DNA of 64,000 bases from Escherichia phage StefiGeyer_Bas88: the sequence record PQ850628.1. One strand, written 5' to 3'. The notes under the pieces are model-generated. The model worked only from the letters and a program-made list of their open reading frames with translations, did not search any database and had not been told where the DNA came from. Below are positions 48,819 through 56,619 of this stretch, piece after piece. The translations under genes were made by a program, and so were the position numbers. The number at the start of each line of letters is the position of its first letter. The stretch's first letter is position 1.

Positions 48819-49232
48819 TTAAACAACGAATTGGAACGCTTCGTATCCAAACTTATAAGAGAAGTCGTGCTTAAACTTCACTACACGACCACGATCACGG
48901 AAAGATTTCAGACGGCTGCTGAACCCAGCCATTGGCTCAGGGTCAATAGGACTACGAATCTTCATAGCTACAGAATGCAGCTTGAAGCGTTTACCAGTGC
49001 TACAGGCCATCATCACATACTCCATACGAGTAGTCCAGATGTTGAGCACCATGCTTGTTTTCTCCGCTGACCAACCAGTCTTACGGGCGATTTCCTTATG
49101 GATGTTAAGCTCCAAAGGAAGAGGGAATTGCTTGTTGAATGAAGCCGGATAAAGCTTGACCAGAAGATCAATGTTTTCTTTATACGTGAGGTAGGCCAAT
49201 TTCTTGCTTACGTTGGGGAATTTCCCAGACAT
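48819..49232 (-). CDS. ProQ/FinO-domain RNA-binding protein candidate
   Basis: KKLAYLTYKENIDLLVKLYPASFNKQFPLPLELNIHKEI...MVLNIWTTRMEYV...GKRFKL aligns to the ProQ/FinO N-terminal domain pattern. Confidence 0.4.
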   Translation of the reverse strand: MSGKFPNVSKKLAYLTYKENIDLLVKLYPASFNKQFPLPLELNIHKEIARKTGWSAEKTSMVLNIWTTRMEYVMMACSTGKRFKLHSVAMKIRSPIDPEPMAGFSSRLKSFRDRGRVVKFKHDFSYKFGYEAFQFVV

Positions 49233-49430
49233 TTTTGAAGCTCCAAAACAGCGCCGAAAAGAGAGGCGTCATAGTAGCTAAAGGGAGGAGAGAAGAGGGC
49301 TTATTTACTTGCCTTTTTCTGTCCGTTAATGTACCAGATAACTGAGCCATCAGGCTGTCGTTGACCGAAGCCTTTCAAGTTAACCATTTCTTCTTCAGAG
49401 TAGGCACGTTTTCTCACTGATTTTCTCCTG

Positions 49431-49688
49431 TCAATAGAAGGTGTGTGTAGAGTCGTCGTTCATAGATAACCAAACAAAGAAGACAATCACACAGAAAGCA
49501 ATAATACCGAGAATTGCAAGGATTATAGTGTTAGCTAATGTGATATCTAACACGCTTTGCAGATACATAAAGAACTGTACGACACCACATATCATTAGCA
49601 CGACACCAACAACAATGAGGAGCCAATATGTGCAGAGAAGGGCTGCATCCAATAGTGACACATATTTTGGATGATCTTTACGTTTCAC
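49431..49688 (-). CDS. small membrane protein (2 TM)
   Basis: Two long hydrophobic helices. Confidence 0.35.
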   Translation of the reverse strand: MKRKDHPKYVSLLDAALLCTYWLLIVVGVVLMICGVVQFFMYLQSVLDITLANTIILAILGIIAFCVIVFFVWLSMNDDSTHTFY

Positions 49689-49944
49689 TAACCTTCTCCA
49701 CTAAATCCAGAGTTGCTGATTCAAATACAACACCAACTGGCATATTAGGTGCCATATTACGAACGTACCCACTCTGCATAGACACGGCTCGAGAGTATTC
49801 AGAACCGTTAGAGCTTTTGTTTACCTTCATGTAAAGGGTTTGTTCTTTATCTTCTTTAAGGGTAAAGAAAGAGCCGGGAAGAATCCCCTGAACAGTCAGA
49901 GGGATATCTGCAACATGAGTCTTATTGATAGTAAGAACTGTCAT
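49678..49944 (-). CDS. small protein, PGDxF family (divergent)
   Basis: GILPGSFFTL ... LYMKV pattern. Confidence 0.3.
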   Translation of the reverse strand: MTVLTINKTHVADIPLTVQGILPGSFFTLKEDKEQTLYMKVNKSSNGSEYSRAVSMQSGYVRNMAPNMPVGVVFESATLDLVEKVSET

Positions 49945-49947
49945 TGC

Positions 49948-50202
49948 TTATTCCTTAATAATTGCTTCAGCTTTAATAGGAATAACAGCAACATCTTTAC
50001 GAGGCGCTGTCGCTCGGCCTGTGTTAAGACAGGCTACAAGTCTATGCTCGTCCGCACCCTTAATGCACAAGCGAGTGGAGAACTCTGTAGAGAGTAAGAT
50101 GTATAAATCACCATCTTCACTGTTAGGGTACATGAAGCAATCCCCAAGTCGCAAAGCACTGAGAGGTATTGAATTTTTACCTGCTGGCATGTTAACTTTC
50201 AT
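49948..50202 (-). CDS. small protein, PGDxF family (divergent)
   Basis: ALRLGDCFMY ... LYILL pattern. Confidence 0.3.
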   Translation of the reverse strand: MKVNMPAGKNSIPLSALRLGDCFMYPNSEDGDLYILLSTEFSTRLCIKGADEHRLVACLNTGRATAPRKDVAVIPIKAEAIIKE

Positions 50203-50478
50203 TTAACCACCTTTAGTTATGGACCAATTTATGAGAGAACTCTCGGAAGAATGCTTTCATAAATAGGGGGAGGGGACGAATCCTCCCATATCCTATTAAT
50301 TAATGTTGCATGTAAGACCTAACAATCCGATGCTGTAGTGGATAGCGTAAAATGCTTACCGGCATTAAACCCAGCCCATGAGGGGCTTATGTGATTAAAA
50401 TGCTCAACATTGAGCGGTTAGTTGATAGGAGATCTGAAGTCCTATCTCAAAGGACTCTCGTAAGAATCCTTCACGATA

Positions 50479-50733
50479 TTACTTAGTAACAAAGATTGTC
50501 ACCTTATCCATTACCCAGCCTATCAACATAAGGAAAGGTAAGAAGAGGATAAAGATCAGCATAAAAGGCCAGAAGAATATCACCGTCCAAATAGAATATT
50601 CATCAGGCTTACCACTCCATGAGGAATGGAAGAAGTTGTAGAGTGTATTGGTTTTGAAGCACCATTTAACTACAATGGCTGCTAACCACCAACCAATAAC
50701 ATAAATCAGGAGGACATACGCTGCTGTAACCAT
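50479..50733 (-). CDS. small multi-TM membrane protein
   Basis: Three hydrophobic segments, Trp/Phe-rich. Confidence 0.35.
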   Translation of the reverse strand: MVTAAYVLLIYVIGWWLAAIVVKWCFKTNTLYNFFHSSWSGKPDEYSIWTVIFFWPFMLIFILFLPFLMLIGWVMDKVTIFVTK

Positions 50734-50960
50734 TCACCGTTCCATTGATAGTTGCGAGTTACCACGTTTCCGTGGATAAGGAAGTGCTGGCGGCGAAGGA
50801 TATCTTTAACGTTGTAATAGGCAGCGTTTCCGATATGACCTTCTTTGATAAGCCAGCGCAGATTACGAATATCAACCAACAACATCTTTACTTGCTGTTG
50901 GCATGAAGTTTGAGCCGCTGTTTCAAGTAGAGCTTTCGTATCAGAATAATGACCAGACAT
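50706..50960 (-). CDS. hypothetical protein
   Basis: 84-aa ORF. Confidence 0.3.
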   Translation of the reverse strand: MSGHYSDTKALLETAAQTSCQQQVKMLLVDIRNLRWLIKEGHIGNAAYYNVKDILRRQHFLIHGNVVTRNYQWNGEWLQQRMSS

Positions 50961-50961
50961 A

Positions 50962-51288
50962 TCACCACTCCTTACCTGTTGTTGTCACAGAGCCACCACA
51001 CAGCTCACCACGAGAGATGAAGTCATAACGTGACCAATCACCTTGCGTCTCCATGTCACGCTCTGCATAAGCCTTCTCGTCAACAGCACCGCCATTGGAA
51101 CAAGAAGCACCAGCATAACGCATATCAATTTCTCCACTAGGAATCTTCTCTCCGCTATGCCAACGGGAAACACAGACACCTTCTACAGATAATGCACACC
51201 ACCCATCAGGACGATGCTGTACGCAGCCTGTAAGAGCTACACAGGTGATAAAGATACAGGTTAAGGTAATTACACCACCCCAGCTCAT
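50962..51288 (-). CDS. lipoprotein (Cys-rich)
   Basis: Signal peptide ending in lipobox LTGC. Confidence 0.45.
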   Translation of the reverse strand: MSWGGVITLTCIFITCVALTGCVQHRPDGWCALSVEGVCVSRWHSGEKIPSGEIDMRYAGASCSNGGAVDEKAYAERDMETQGDWSRYDFISRGELCGGSVTTTGKEW

Positions 51289-51425
51289 GATCCCTCCTGA
51301 AGCGCCTTACGGCGGCTATCTCGCCAAGCCATCCATAGGTAGGTTTTAAGTTCTTCTCTTTCTTCTTCGCTGAACAGAGGAGAAGTAAAGATATCATCGA
51401 ACCACTCATTAAACTCAGGGGTCAT
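51285..51425 (-). CDS. small ORF coupled to lipoprotein gene (not in track)
   Basis: GGAGGG RBS, MTPEFNEWFDD..., stop overlaps the next ATG. Confidence 0.3.
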   Translation of the reverse strand: MTPEFNEWFDDIFTSPLFSEEEREELKTYLWMAWRDSRRKALQEGS

Positions 51426-51443
51426 AAACCCTCCTACGTTGAT

Positions 51444-51520
51444 TGGTGCACCCTACAGGATTCGAACCTGTAACCAACGACTTAGAAGGTCGCTGCTCTG
51501 TCCAATTGAGCTAAGGGTGC
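51444..51520 (-). tRNA. tRNA-Arg(UCU): tRNA-Arg, anticodon UCU, CCA encoded
   Basis: Folded by hand: acceptor GCACCCU/AGGGUGC, D-stem GCUC/GAGC, anticodon stem GCGAC/GUCGU with loop CUUCUAA, T-arm ACAGG-UUCGAAU-CCUGU, 3' ACCA. Confidence 0.85.
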
Positions 51521-51529
51521 TGAGTTTGT

Positions 51530-51739
51530 TTAACTGAAGATACGCAAGGCCACATCGTGACCGATATGACCGGGAACTTTATGCTGTTCTATTTTCAAAC
51601 AGCGTTTACAGATACGAGATACACGAGACTCTTTTCTCTCGACTGGAGTGTCTTTAGCGTGAGTGATTTGAAGGTTTTCAGTGATCACCCACTCGTGTTT
51701 ACATCCAGAATCTTCGGGCTTTTTCTTACGAAAGAACAT
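51530..51739 (-). CDS. small zinc-finger-like protein, MIKW/HEW family (copy 3)
   Basis: Internal start MFFRKKKPEDSGCKHEW ... CKRC; related to two upstream unannotated ORFs. Confidence 0.35.
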   Translation of the reverse strand: MFFRKKKPEDSGCKHEWVITENLQITHAKDTPVERKESRVSRICKRCLKIEQHKVPGHIGHDVALRIFS

Positions 51740-51747
51740 AACACCCC

Positions 51748-51912
51748 TTAAATCAGGTCTGTTTTCTTGTGCAGACCACACACTTTACAGCGAGAGTAGA
51801 TACGCAACCCTTGTCGCTCTCTGTCAGTAAGTTTATTTGTGATCGTCAGTTCATAAGTAGAAAGATCTTCCCACTCATGGAAATGAAATAGACGTTTGAA
51901 CCATTTAATCAT
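51748..51912 (-). CDS. small zinc-finger-like protein, MIKW family (copy 2, not in track)
   Basis: MIKWFKRLFHFHEW ... CKVCG; AAGGA RBS. Confidence 0.4.
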   Translation of the reverse strand: MIKWFKRLFHFHEWEDLSTYELTITNKLTDRERQGLRIYSRCKVCGLHKKTDLI

Positions 51913-51921
51913 AATGATTCC

Positions 51922-52083
51922 TTAGATTACATCACGATGACTAACATCACCACACACCTTACACTGAATAACGTAACGTGTACCCTTGTCATTGTTCCCA
52001 TCTGAATCTGTATAGACCAGAGGACGGGTGTTAATAATCTTCCAATCATGACAATGGAAGACACGCTTTAGCCACTTAATCAT
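51922..52083 (-). CDS. small zinc-finger-like protein, MIKW family (copy 1, not in track)
   Basis: MIKWLKRVFHCHDW ... CKVCG. Confidence 0.4.
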   Translation of the reverse strand: MIKWLKRVFHCHDWKIINTRPLVYTDSDGNNDKGTRYVIQCKVCGDVSHRDVI

Positions 52084-52084
52084 A

Positions 52085-52342
52085 TTAAGCACACGCCGGT
52101 AGTTCGATTAACTGAGGAGTACGACAAGGACCCTCTTCATACACACCGATTAACGTTGGCATGTAAGGCCCAGCGCACTGGTATTCGTCGAACAGCTCAT
52201 TATAAGTAGGCTTCCACTTCCACGCCCACACATAACCCATTCGATCAATAGCAATGTAACGAGTATTCAGAGGAACCTGCATCATTACATCACCAACTGC
52301 TATTACTTTCGTAATAACTGCTGCTCGGAAGTTTGTCTTCAT
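52085..52342 (-). CDS. hypothetical protein
   Basis: 85-aa ORF. Confidence 0.3.
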   Translation of the reverse strand: MKTNFRAAVITKVIAVGDVMMQVPLNTRYIAIDRMGYVWAWKWKPTYNELFDEYQCAGPYMPTLIGVYEEGPCRTPQLIELPACA

Positions 52343-52590
52343 GGCGCTTTAATCTCAATCTGAACGTTGACAACAAATACAGTATGGTTTGCACTGTACA
52401 CCGAAGTGCCTATGATTGGCTTGTCATCGCTGAGGATTTCAACAGCGTGCTCAAGGTTAATCTTCAGATGAAGACGACCTGATTCCATGAAGAAATCACC
52501 AGCACGTATCTCACCAAACTTGGCTGGCACACCGATAGAAGGTATCAGTATGTCAGTACGACCTTTACGGTCAAATAAACGATTGAACAT
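52339..52590 (-). CDS. small protein, PGDxF family
   Basis: EIRAGDFFMESGRLHLKI. Confidence 0.35.
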   Translation of the reverse strand: MFNRLFDRKGRTDILIPSIGVPAKFGEIRAGDFFMESGRLHLKINLEHAVEILSDDKPIIGTSVYSANHTVFVVNVQIEIKAP

Positions 52591-52599
52591 ATCAACCCC

Positions 52600-52809
52600 T
52601 TATGTGATATCAACCTCAAACCAACAGGTAAGAGCTTTTTCGTTGTTGCGCTTTGGTTCAAAGGATTTAGTAACTGATAACACCCGTCGCTGTTGTCCAT
52701 CAAACCAGATAGTTTCATTTCTTTCAGGAAGTAGGTTGTGTGCAGCACAAACGATTTCACCTAGCACAACCTGTCTGCCATCTTGTTTACGAACTAAACG
52801 AATGTTCAT
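52600..52809 (-). CDS. hypothetical small protein
   Basis: 69-aa ORF. Confidence 0.3.
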   Translation of the reverse strand: MNIRLVRKQDGRQVVLGEIVCAAHNLLPERNETIWFDGQQRRVLSVTKSFEPKRNNEKALTCWFEVDIT

Positions 52810-52851
52810 ATCAACCTCTCTTATTAGTTTAAGTAAGAGCTACCTCTTAAT

Positions 52852-52883
52852 TAAAACAACAAAGGCCACCCCGAAGGGCAGCC
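52852..52883 (-). terminator. rho-independent terminator (- strand)
   Basis: GGCUGCCC-UUCG-GGGUGGCC (two G-U pairs) followed by a U-rich run. Confidence 0.4.
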
Positions 52884-52888
52884 TCTTA

Positions 52889-53086
52889 TTAAGCACTACG
52901 CAACTTGTTATTCAAGAAGCGATCATCTGCGTTATAGATGAATGCAAAGAATAATTCTTTGGCTACATCCCTGTCACAATTAAGGCATTTAGAAACCTGT
53001 AACAACAGGCCATTGCGACTGTTAGGATGATCAATTATCGCAAGACGAATAATCTCACGAATACCAACATCATGCTCAGCCGCCAT
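52889..53086 (-). CDS. hypothetical small protein
   Basis: ORF with ATG at 53086. Confidence 0.3.
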   Translation of the reverse strand: MAAEHDVGIREIIRLAIIDHPNSRNGLLLQVSKCLNCDRDVAKELFFAFIYNADDRFLNNKLRSA

Positions 53087-53478
53087 AGAACCAATCACCT
53101 TGACGTTTACGGATGTTAGTTGTCAGACGAAGCATGGCAGACTCAATCTTCAGAGCACCATTTGCTACTGCATCCATACGTTCAGGACGGTTCATACGCT
53201 TGGTTGACTTCTTCATAACGTTCTCTCTTTGTTAGTGGAGGCAGGGTTGCCAGTTAATATAAAGGGAAGCCCTACACGTTAAGGCTTCCGCTTGTACAAA
53301 CTGTCGAGAACTTTCTACCCCTAGATTGTTCTCTATCCCAAACCGATACATACCCCTACATATCGGAATGCCATTCGAAAATTAACAGGTTTTAGTCTAT
53401 CACCGGATGTTTGAGACGAGTCTCGCCCTAGCGGTGAGCCATATGGCATTGAGATTATAGTTAATTGAGGAACATCCT

Positions 53479-53518
53479 CACATAGCCCTCTGATAAGCAC
53501 AAGGGCTATAAGTTGATG
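53479..53518 (-). repeat. conserved post-stop hairpin element (copy B)
   Basis: Near-identical to 48270..48305, again directly after the stop of a PGDxF gene. Confidence 0.5.
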
Positions 53519-53743
53519 TTACTTGTTGGTCAGTCGTACATTAGGCACAAGTCTGATTGCTGCTGTTTTCCTCTCTCCAGTAACCTTACCAGTAGAGAGA
53601 TTAACGTAATAAGCAGTGACTTCACCATCACCAGCTGTACGCATATAATAACTGCTTCCAGTTCTGTCAAACTGAAAAACGTCTCCCGGCTTTACATCAC
53701 CAAGAGTTGTGACGCTTTGCTTTTTATCAATATCAATCTTCAT
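53519..53743 (-). CDS. small protein, PGDxF family
   Basis: DVKPGDVFQF ... VPNVRLTN. Confidence 0.4.
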   Translation of the reverse strand: MKIDIDKKQSVTTLGDVKPGDVFQFDRTGSSYYMRTAGDGEVTAYYVNLSTGKVTGERKTAAIRLVPNVRLTNK

Positions 53744-53974
53744 TTAACCACCAATATTCGTTACTTGTACATTAGGTACAGAGATAACTTCATGATCTTC
53801 AGGTATCTGGAACAAAGTCCCCTGACCAAGACCAACGACACGGTGCATACCCTGCACATAGGTGTCTGTCTTTAGGTAGAGGTGTTCAGTGTTATTTTGT
53901 AATCGGAATACGTCACCCGGACGTAACTCACTAAGCTTTTTAGTAACAACTTCAGAGGAGAGATTGATTTTCAT
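53744..53974 (-). CDS. small protein, PGDxF family
   Basis: ELRPGDVFRL ... VPNVQVTN; tandem with 53519..53743. Confidence 0.4.
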   Translation of the reverse strand: MKINLSSEVVTKKLSELRPGDVFRLQNNTEHLYLKTDTYVQGMHRVVGLGQGTLFQIPEDHEVISVPNVQVTNIGG

Positions 53975-54162
53975 TTGATCAACACCAAATCAGTACGACG
54001 TTCGAAGGAAGGAGAGGATTCACCATTCCACTGAACAAGATAACAGAGAACACCATCAATCGTTGTTCTCCGACGAATAACACCTGTTTGAGTACCGCCA
54101 ACAAGGCGAACAGTGTGACCAGTGGTGAACTTAACCCTTGAGCGCATCCTCTGTTTCCTCAT
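53971..54162 (-). CDS. small basic beta-rich protein (start uncertain)
   Basis: C-terminal VKFTTGHTVRLVGGTQTGVI...CYLVQWNGESS looks like a small SH3/KOW-like domain. Confidence 0.3.
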   Translation of the reverse strand: MRKQRMRSRVKFTTGHTVRLVGGTQTGVIRRRTTIDGVLCYLVQWNGESSPSFERRTDLVLIK

Positions 54163-54436
54163 TCTGGCGTTTAATTTCTTCAGTGAGTTGCTTATTGAGA
54201 TCTTGAATACGCTTAATCTCCCAACCCAAAGAAGCCAAACGATCATTACGTGCTTCAATTTGCTCCTGCATCTTGACCAACTTGGAACGAATATCAGCAT
54301 TAAAGACTTCCTCTTGCTTAAGAAGGAACTCATAACGACGCTTCCAGCTTGCTGACTTATTACTTAAAGCAATAAATCCTAGAGTAGAAATCGTTACAGT
54401 GAGTACGAGAAGGAACTTATAAACCTCTAAAGTCAT
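54131..54436 (-). CDS. membrane-anchored coiled-coil protein
   Basis: N-terminal TM helix then charged coiled coil. Confidence 0.35.
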   Translation of the reverse strand: MTLEVYKFLLVLTVTISTLGFIALSNKSASWKRRYEFLLKQEEVFNADIRSKLVKMQEQIEARNDRLASLGWEIKRIQDLNKQLTEEIKRQNEETEDALKG

Positions 54437-54637
54437 ATCTTTATCCTCTTAAAGTAAGATATTATAAGAAATATTATTTAGAATTTATTATTTCTAAACT
54501 TAATTTCTATCAATAATTTTCAGAGGTCTATATACAGTCATTACCTCTGGTTCCGAATCACTACCACTTCTTACAGAGAAAATCATAAGTAGGTGATTTA
54601 TAAGGGAATTTAGTTTGTCAATCTTGGCACCTATGAA

Positions 54638-55024
54638 TCAGTCACGGGCACTATTATTGAACACTAAATCACCACAATACATTGGATTGGTATACCACTT
54701 TGGCACCCCTTCGCTCTTACTCTGAAAGTATGTACCGCTATATAAAGGCACATAACTTTTCTTCAGTGCACGTCTTGCAAGCTGCTCGCTCTCCCTGATT
54801 GACTTCTTCGTCAGAGGGTTATCATCACGAATTAGCTTTACATAACGTTTAAAAGGCTTCTCCTTCTTTAATAAGACGGGTATCCACTCGAACTGGTTTC
54901 GTTGTTTTATAACCTGCTCGGCAGTCAGTTTTCGTTGTGACATTCTGTTTATTACGGTATCCGCTACTAATGCTTTGCAAGCGGTTGGCTGATTCCCTGC
55001 CTCATAATAAATAGTCAATGTCAA
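54638..55024 (-). CDS. SleB/CwlJ-type cell-wall hydrolase-like protein
   Basis: LTIYYEAGNQPTACKALVADTVINRM and NQFEWIP resemble the Hydrolase_2 family pattern. Confidence 0.35.
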   Translation of the reverse strand: MTLTIYYEAGNQPTACKALVADTVINRMSQRKLTAEQVIKQRNQFEWIPVLLKKEKPFKRYVKLIRDDNPLTKKSIRESEQLARRALKKSYVPLYSGTYFQSKSEGVPKWYTNPMYCGDLVFNNSARD

Positions 55025-55073
55025 AAGTAGCTGGGCTGTCGTTATCAGAACTTACTACCCCCTTGTTTTACGG

Positions 55074-55103
55074 GCATAAAAAAGCCCCATCCGAAGACGG
55101 GGC
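55074..55103 (-). terminator. rho-independent terminator (- strand)
   Basis: GCCCCGUC-UUCG-GAUGGGGC followed by UUUUUAUG. Confidence 0.5.
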
Positions 55104-55260
55104 GACCTGAAAGAGTGAACATGACCTCACTCATTTAAGAATCCTCTCAAAGACTCTTAAAAAAGCGGCCTCGTTAAAGGCCCGGTCAAATGACCATCCA
55201 ATAGGGATTGAACCATGCCAATGATTCACAAAGGGCTTTCCCTTTAGGTATCACTAGCTA

Positions 55261-55286
55261 CGCAAAAAGCCGCACAAAGGCGGCAG
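55261..55286 (-). terminator. rho-independent terminator (- strand)
   Basis: GCCGC-CUUUGU-GCGGC followed by UUUUUGCG. Confidence 0.45.
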
Positions 55287-55344
55287 ACACAAAGACGCCC
55301 AAGAAGAGCGTCATAGTAGTTGACTACAGGTGTAGAGAAGAGGC

Positions 55345-55788
55345 TTACTTTACTCTCGCTTCCTTGATAGGGTCGATGTATTTTTCGACTCCCCATTTAT
55401 GCTGACTATCAGCGTAGAAAACATCAGGTGCACATTGGCTGGTAGTAGGGAAAGCTTTCGGTGGCTTAGTGCTACCTTTATTCTTCTGCTTACCCTTAGT
55501 GCGACCATTGCAATAAATCTCTAAACGTTTCTCTTCTTCTGTTTTCGCTGCACCGTTAGTTAACAGTGAACGGCTATGATCAGCTTTAAGAAGCGCATCA
55601 GCACGATGAACGCGACGCCCTAACACCTTTGCTACGGTAGAGGGTTTATGTTCTTGAGCGGCTTGTTTGATAGCCCTGCGTTTAATGCTACGTTTGCTAA
55701 TGTGGTTAGTAGCGACTGGCTTATCTTTTTCCAGTTCACTCATCGAGAACACACGCCCGCCTTTCATGCTGATTTTAGATTTAGCCAT
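55345..55788 (-). CDS. basic (Lys/Arg-rich) early protein
   Basis: 147 aa, highly basic. Confidence 0.35.
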   Translation of the reverse strand: MAKSKISMKGGRVFSMSELEKDKPVATNHISKRSIKRRAIKQAAQEHKPSTVAKVLGRRVHRADALLKADHSRSLLTNGAAKTEEEKRLEIYCNGRTKGKQKNKGSTKPPKAFPTTSQCAPDVFYADSQHKWGVEKYIDPIKEARVK

Positions 55789-55858
55789 TGCTTTATTCCT
55801 TTCGCTGATAAATTATATCGTGCAAGCCTTACCACATAGCAAGGCTTAACCAAATAAC

Positions 55859-56068
55859 TTAATCAATCAAACTAAACGACTTCCAGCTACGCGTAATTGC
55901 TACCCGTTCGCCATCAAAGAGAACACTTACAGAGATCAGTTTACCGCGACAACTGGATACCGTGGTAATACGTCCGGTTAATGCCTTGCCTTTATTCAGG
56001 TAGTGATAGCGGACACGACGCCCTAACAAACGAGTAGCTTTCTTCTCTAACGTGCTTAAGCTGGTCAT
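55859..56068 (-). CDS. hypothetical small protein
   Basis: 69-aa ORF. Confidence 0.3.
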   Translation of the reverse strand: MTSLSTLEKKATRLLGRRVRYHYLNKGKALTGRITTVSSCRGKLISVSVLFDGERVAITRSWKSFSLID

Positions 56069-56289
56069 TAAATAACCTCCCTATATTGGAGTGATCTTAC
56101 ACGACGATACATTACAGAAGATGCACTAATCGCCGCTTGTTTTCTTTCGTGCTCATGCTGATTTTTGTGCAGCTTATCCATCTCGGCATCATTACGACGT
56201 CGTTGTAAGATTCTACTACACTTGCGATGGTTGTTATTAGCACGCGCTTTCTTACAGATAGGGCAAAGGTGGGATTGAGTTAAGATCAT
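56068..56289 (-). CDS. small basic Cys/His-containing protein
   Basis: HLCPICKK ... HRKCS motif, Arg/Lys-rich. Confidence 0.3.
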   Translation of the reverse strand: MILTQSHLCPICKKARANNNHRKCSRILQRRRNDAEMDKLHKNQHEHERKQAAISASSVMYRRVRSLQYREVI

Positions 56290-56510
56290 TTGCGCAGTCC
56301 TAGTTTACGAAGGAATCGGCCTAACTTAGTTTCTTGCGTGATAGTGTAAGTAACAGAGTTATCAATCAAGGCTTGTTCTTGAATCGGCGACGGATACCAT
56401 TCACCGGTAAGAATGCACTTACACTCGATTCCATATTTATCGGTTTTTCGATAGGTCATGTTGTTGATGACGTTACGATACATCTTAACTTCTGTTTTCA
56501 ATTTTGGCAT
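56286..56510 (-). CDS. hypothetical small protein
   Basis: 74-aa ORF. Confidence 0.3.
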   Translation of the reverse strand: MPKLKTEVKMYRNVINNMTYRKTDKYGIECKCILTGEWYPSPIQEQALIDNSVTYTITQETKLGRFLRKLGLRK

Positions 56511-56564
56511 GGTGTTTATCTCTTTTTAGTTTCTTTGATTAGTACACTGAATCAATACACTAGT

Positions 56565-56598
56565 AAAAGAAAAAGGCGCTACCCTTTCGAATAGCGCC
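56565..56598 (-). terminator. hairpin terminator
   Basis: GGCGCTA...TAGCGCC perfect 7-bp stem flanked by A/T runs. Confidence 0.45.
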
Positions 56599-56619
56599 TT
56601 ATATGTTCTTTATTGTAAG

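Noticed and set aside
54131-54436. TM plus coiled-coil protein considered as the i-spanin
   Set aside because: No embedded or adjacent lipoprotein partner, whereas 20340..20856 shows the full overlapped Rz/Rz1 architecture.
55190-55215. GGTTCAATCCC considered as a tRNA T-loop of a second tRNA
   Set aside because: Flanking sequence cannot form a T-stem or acceptor stem; no cloverleaf could be built.
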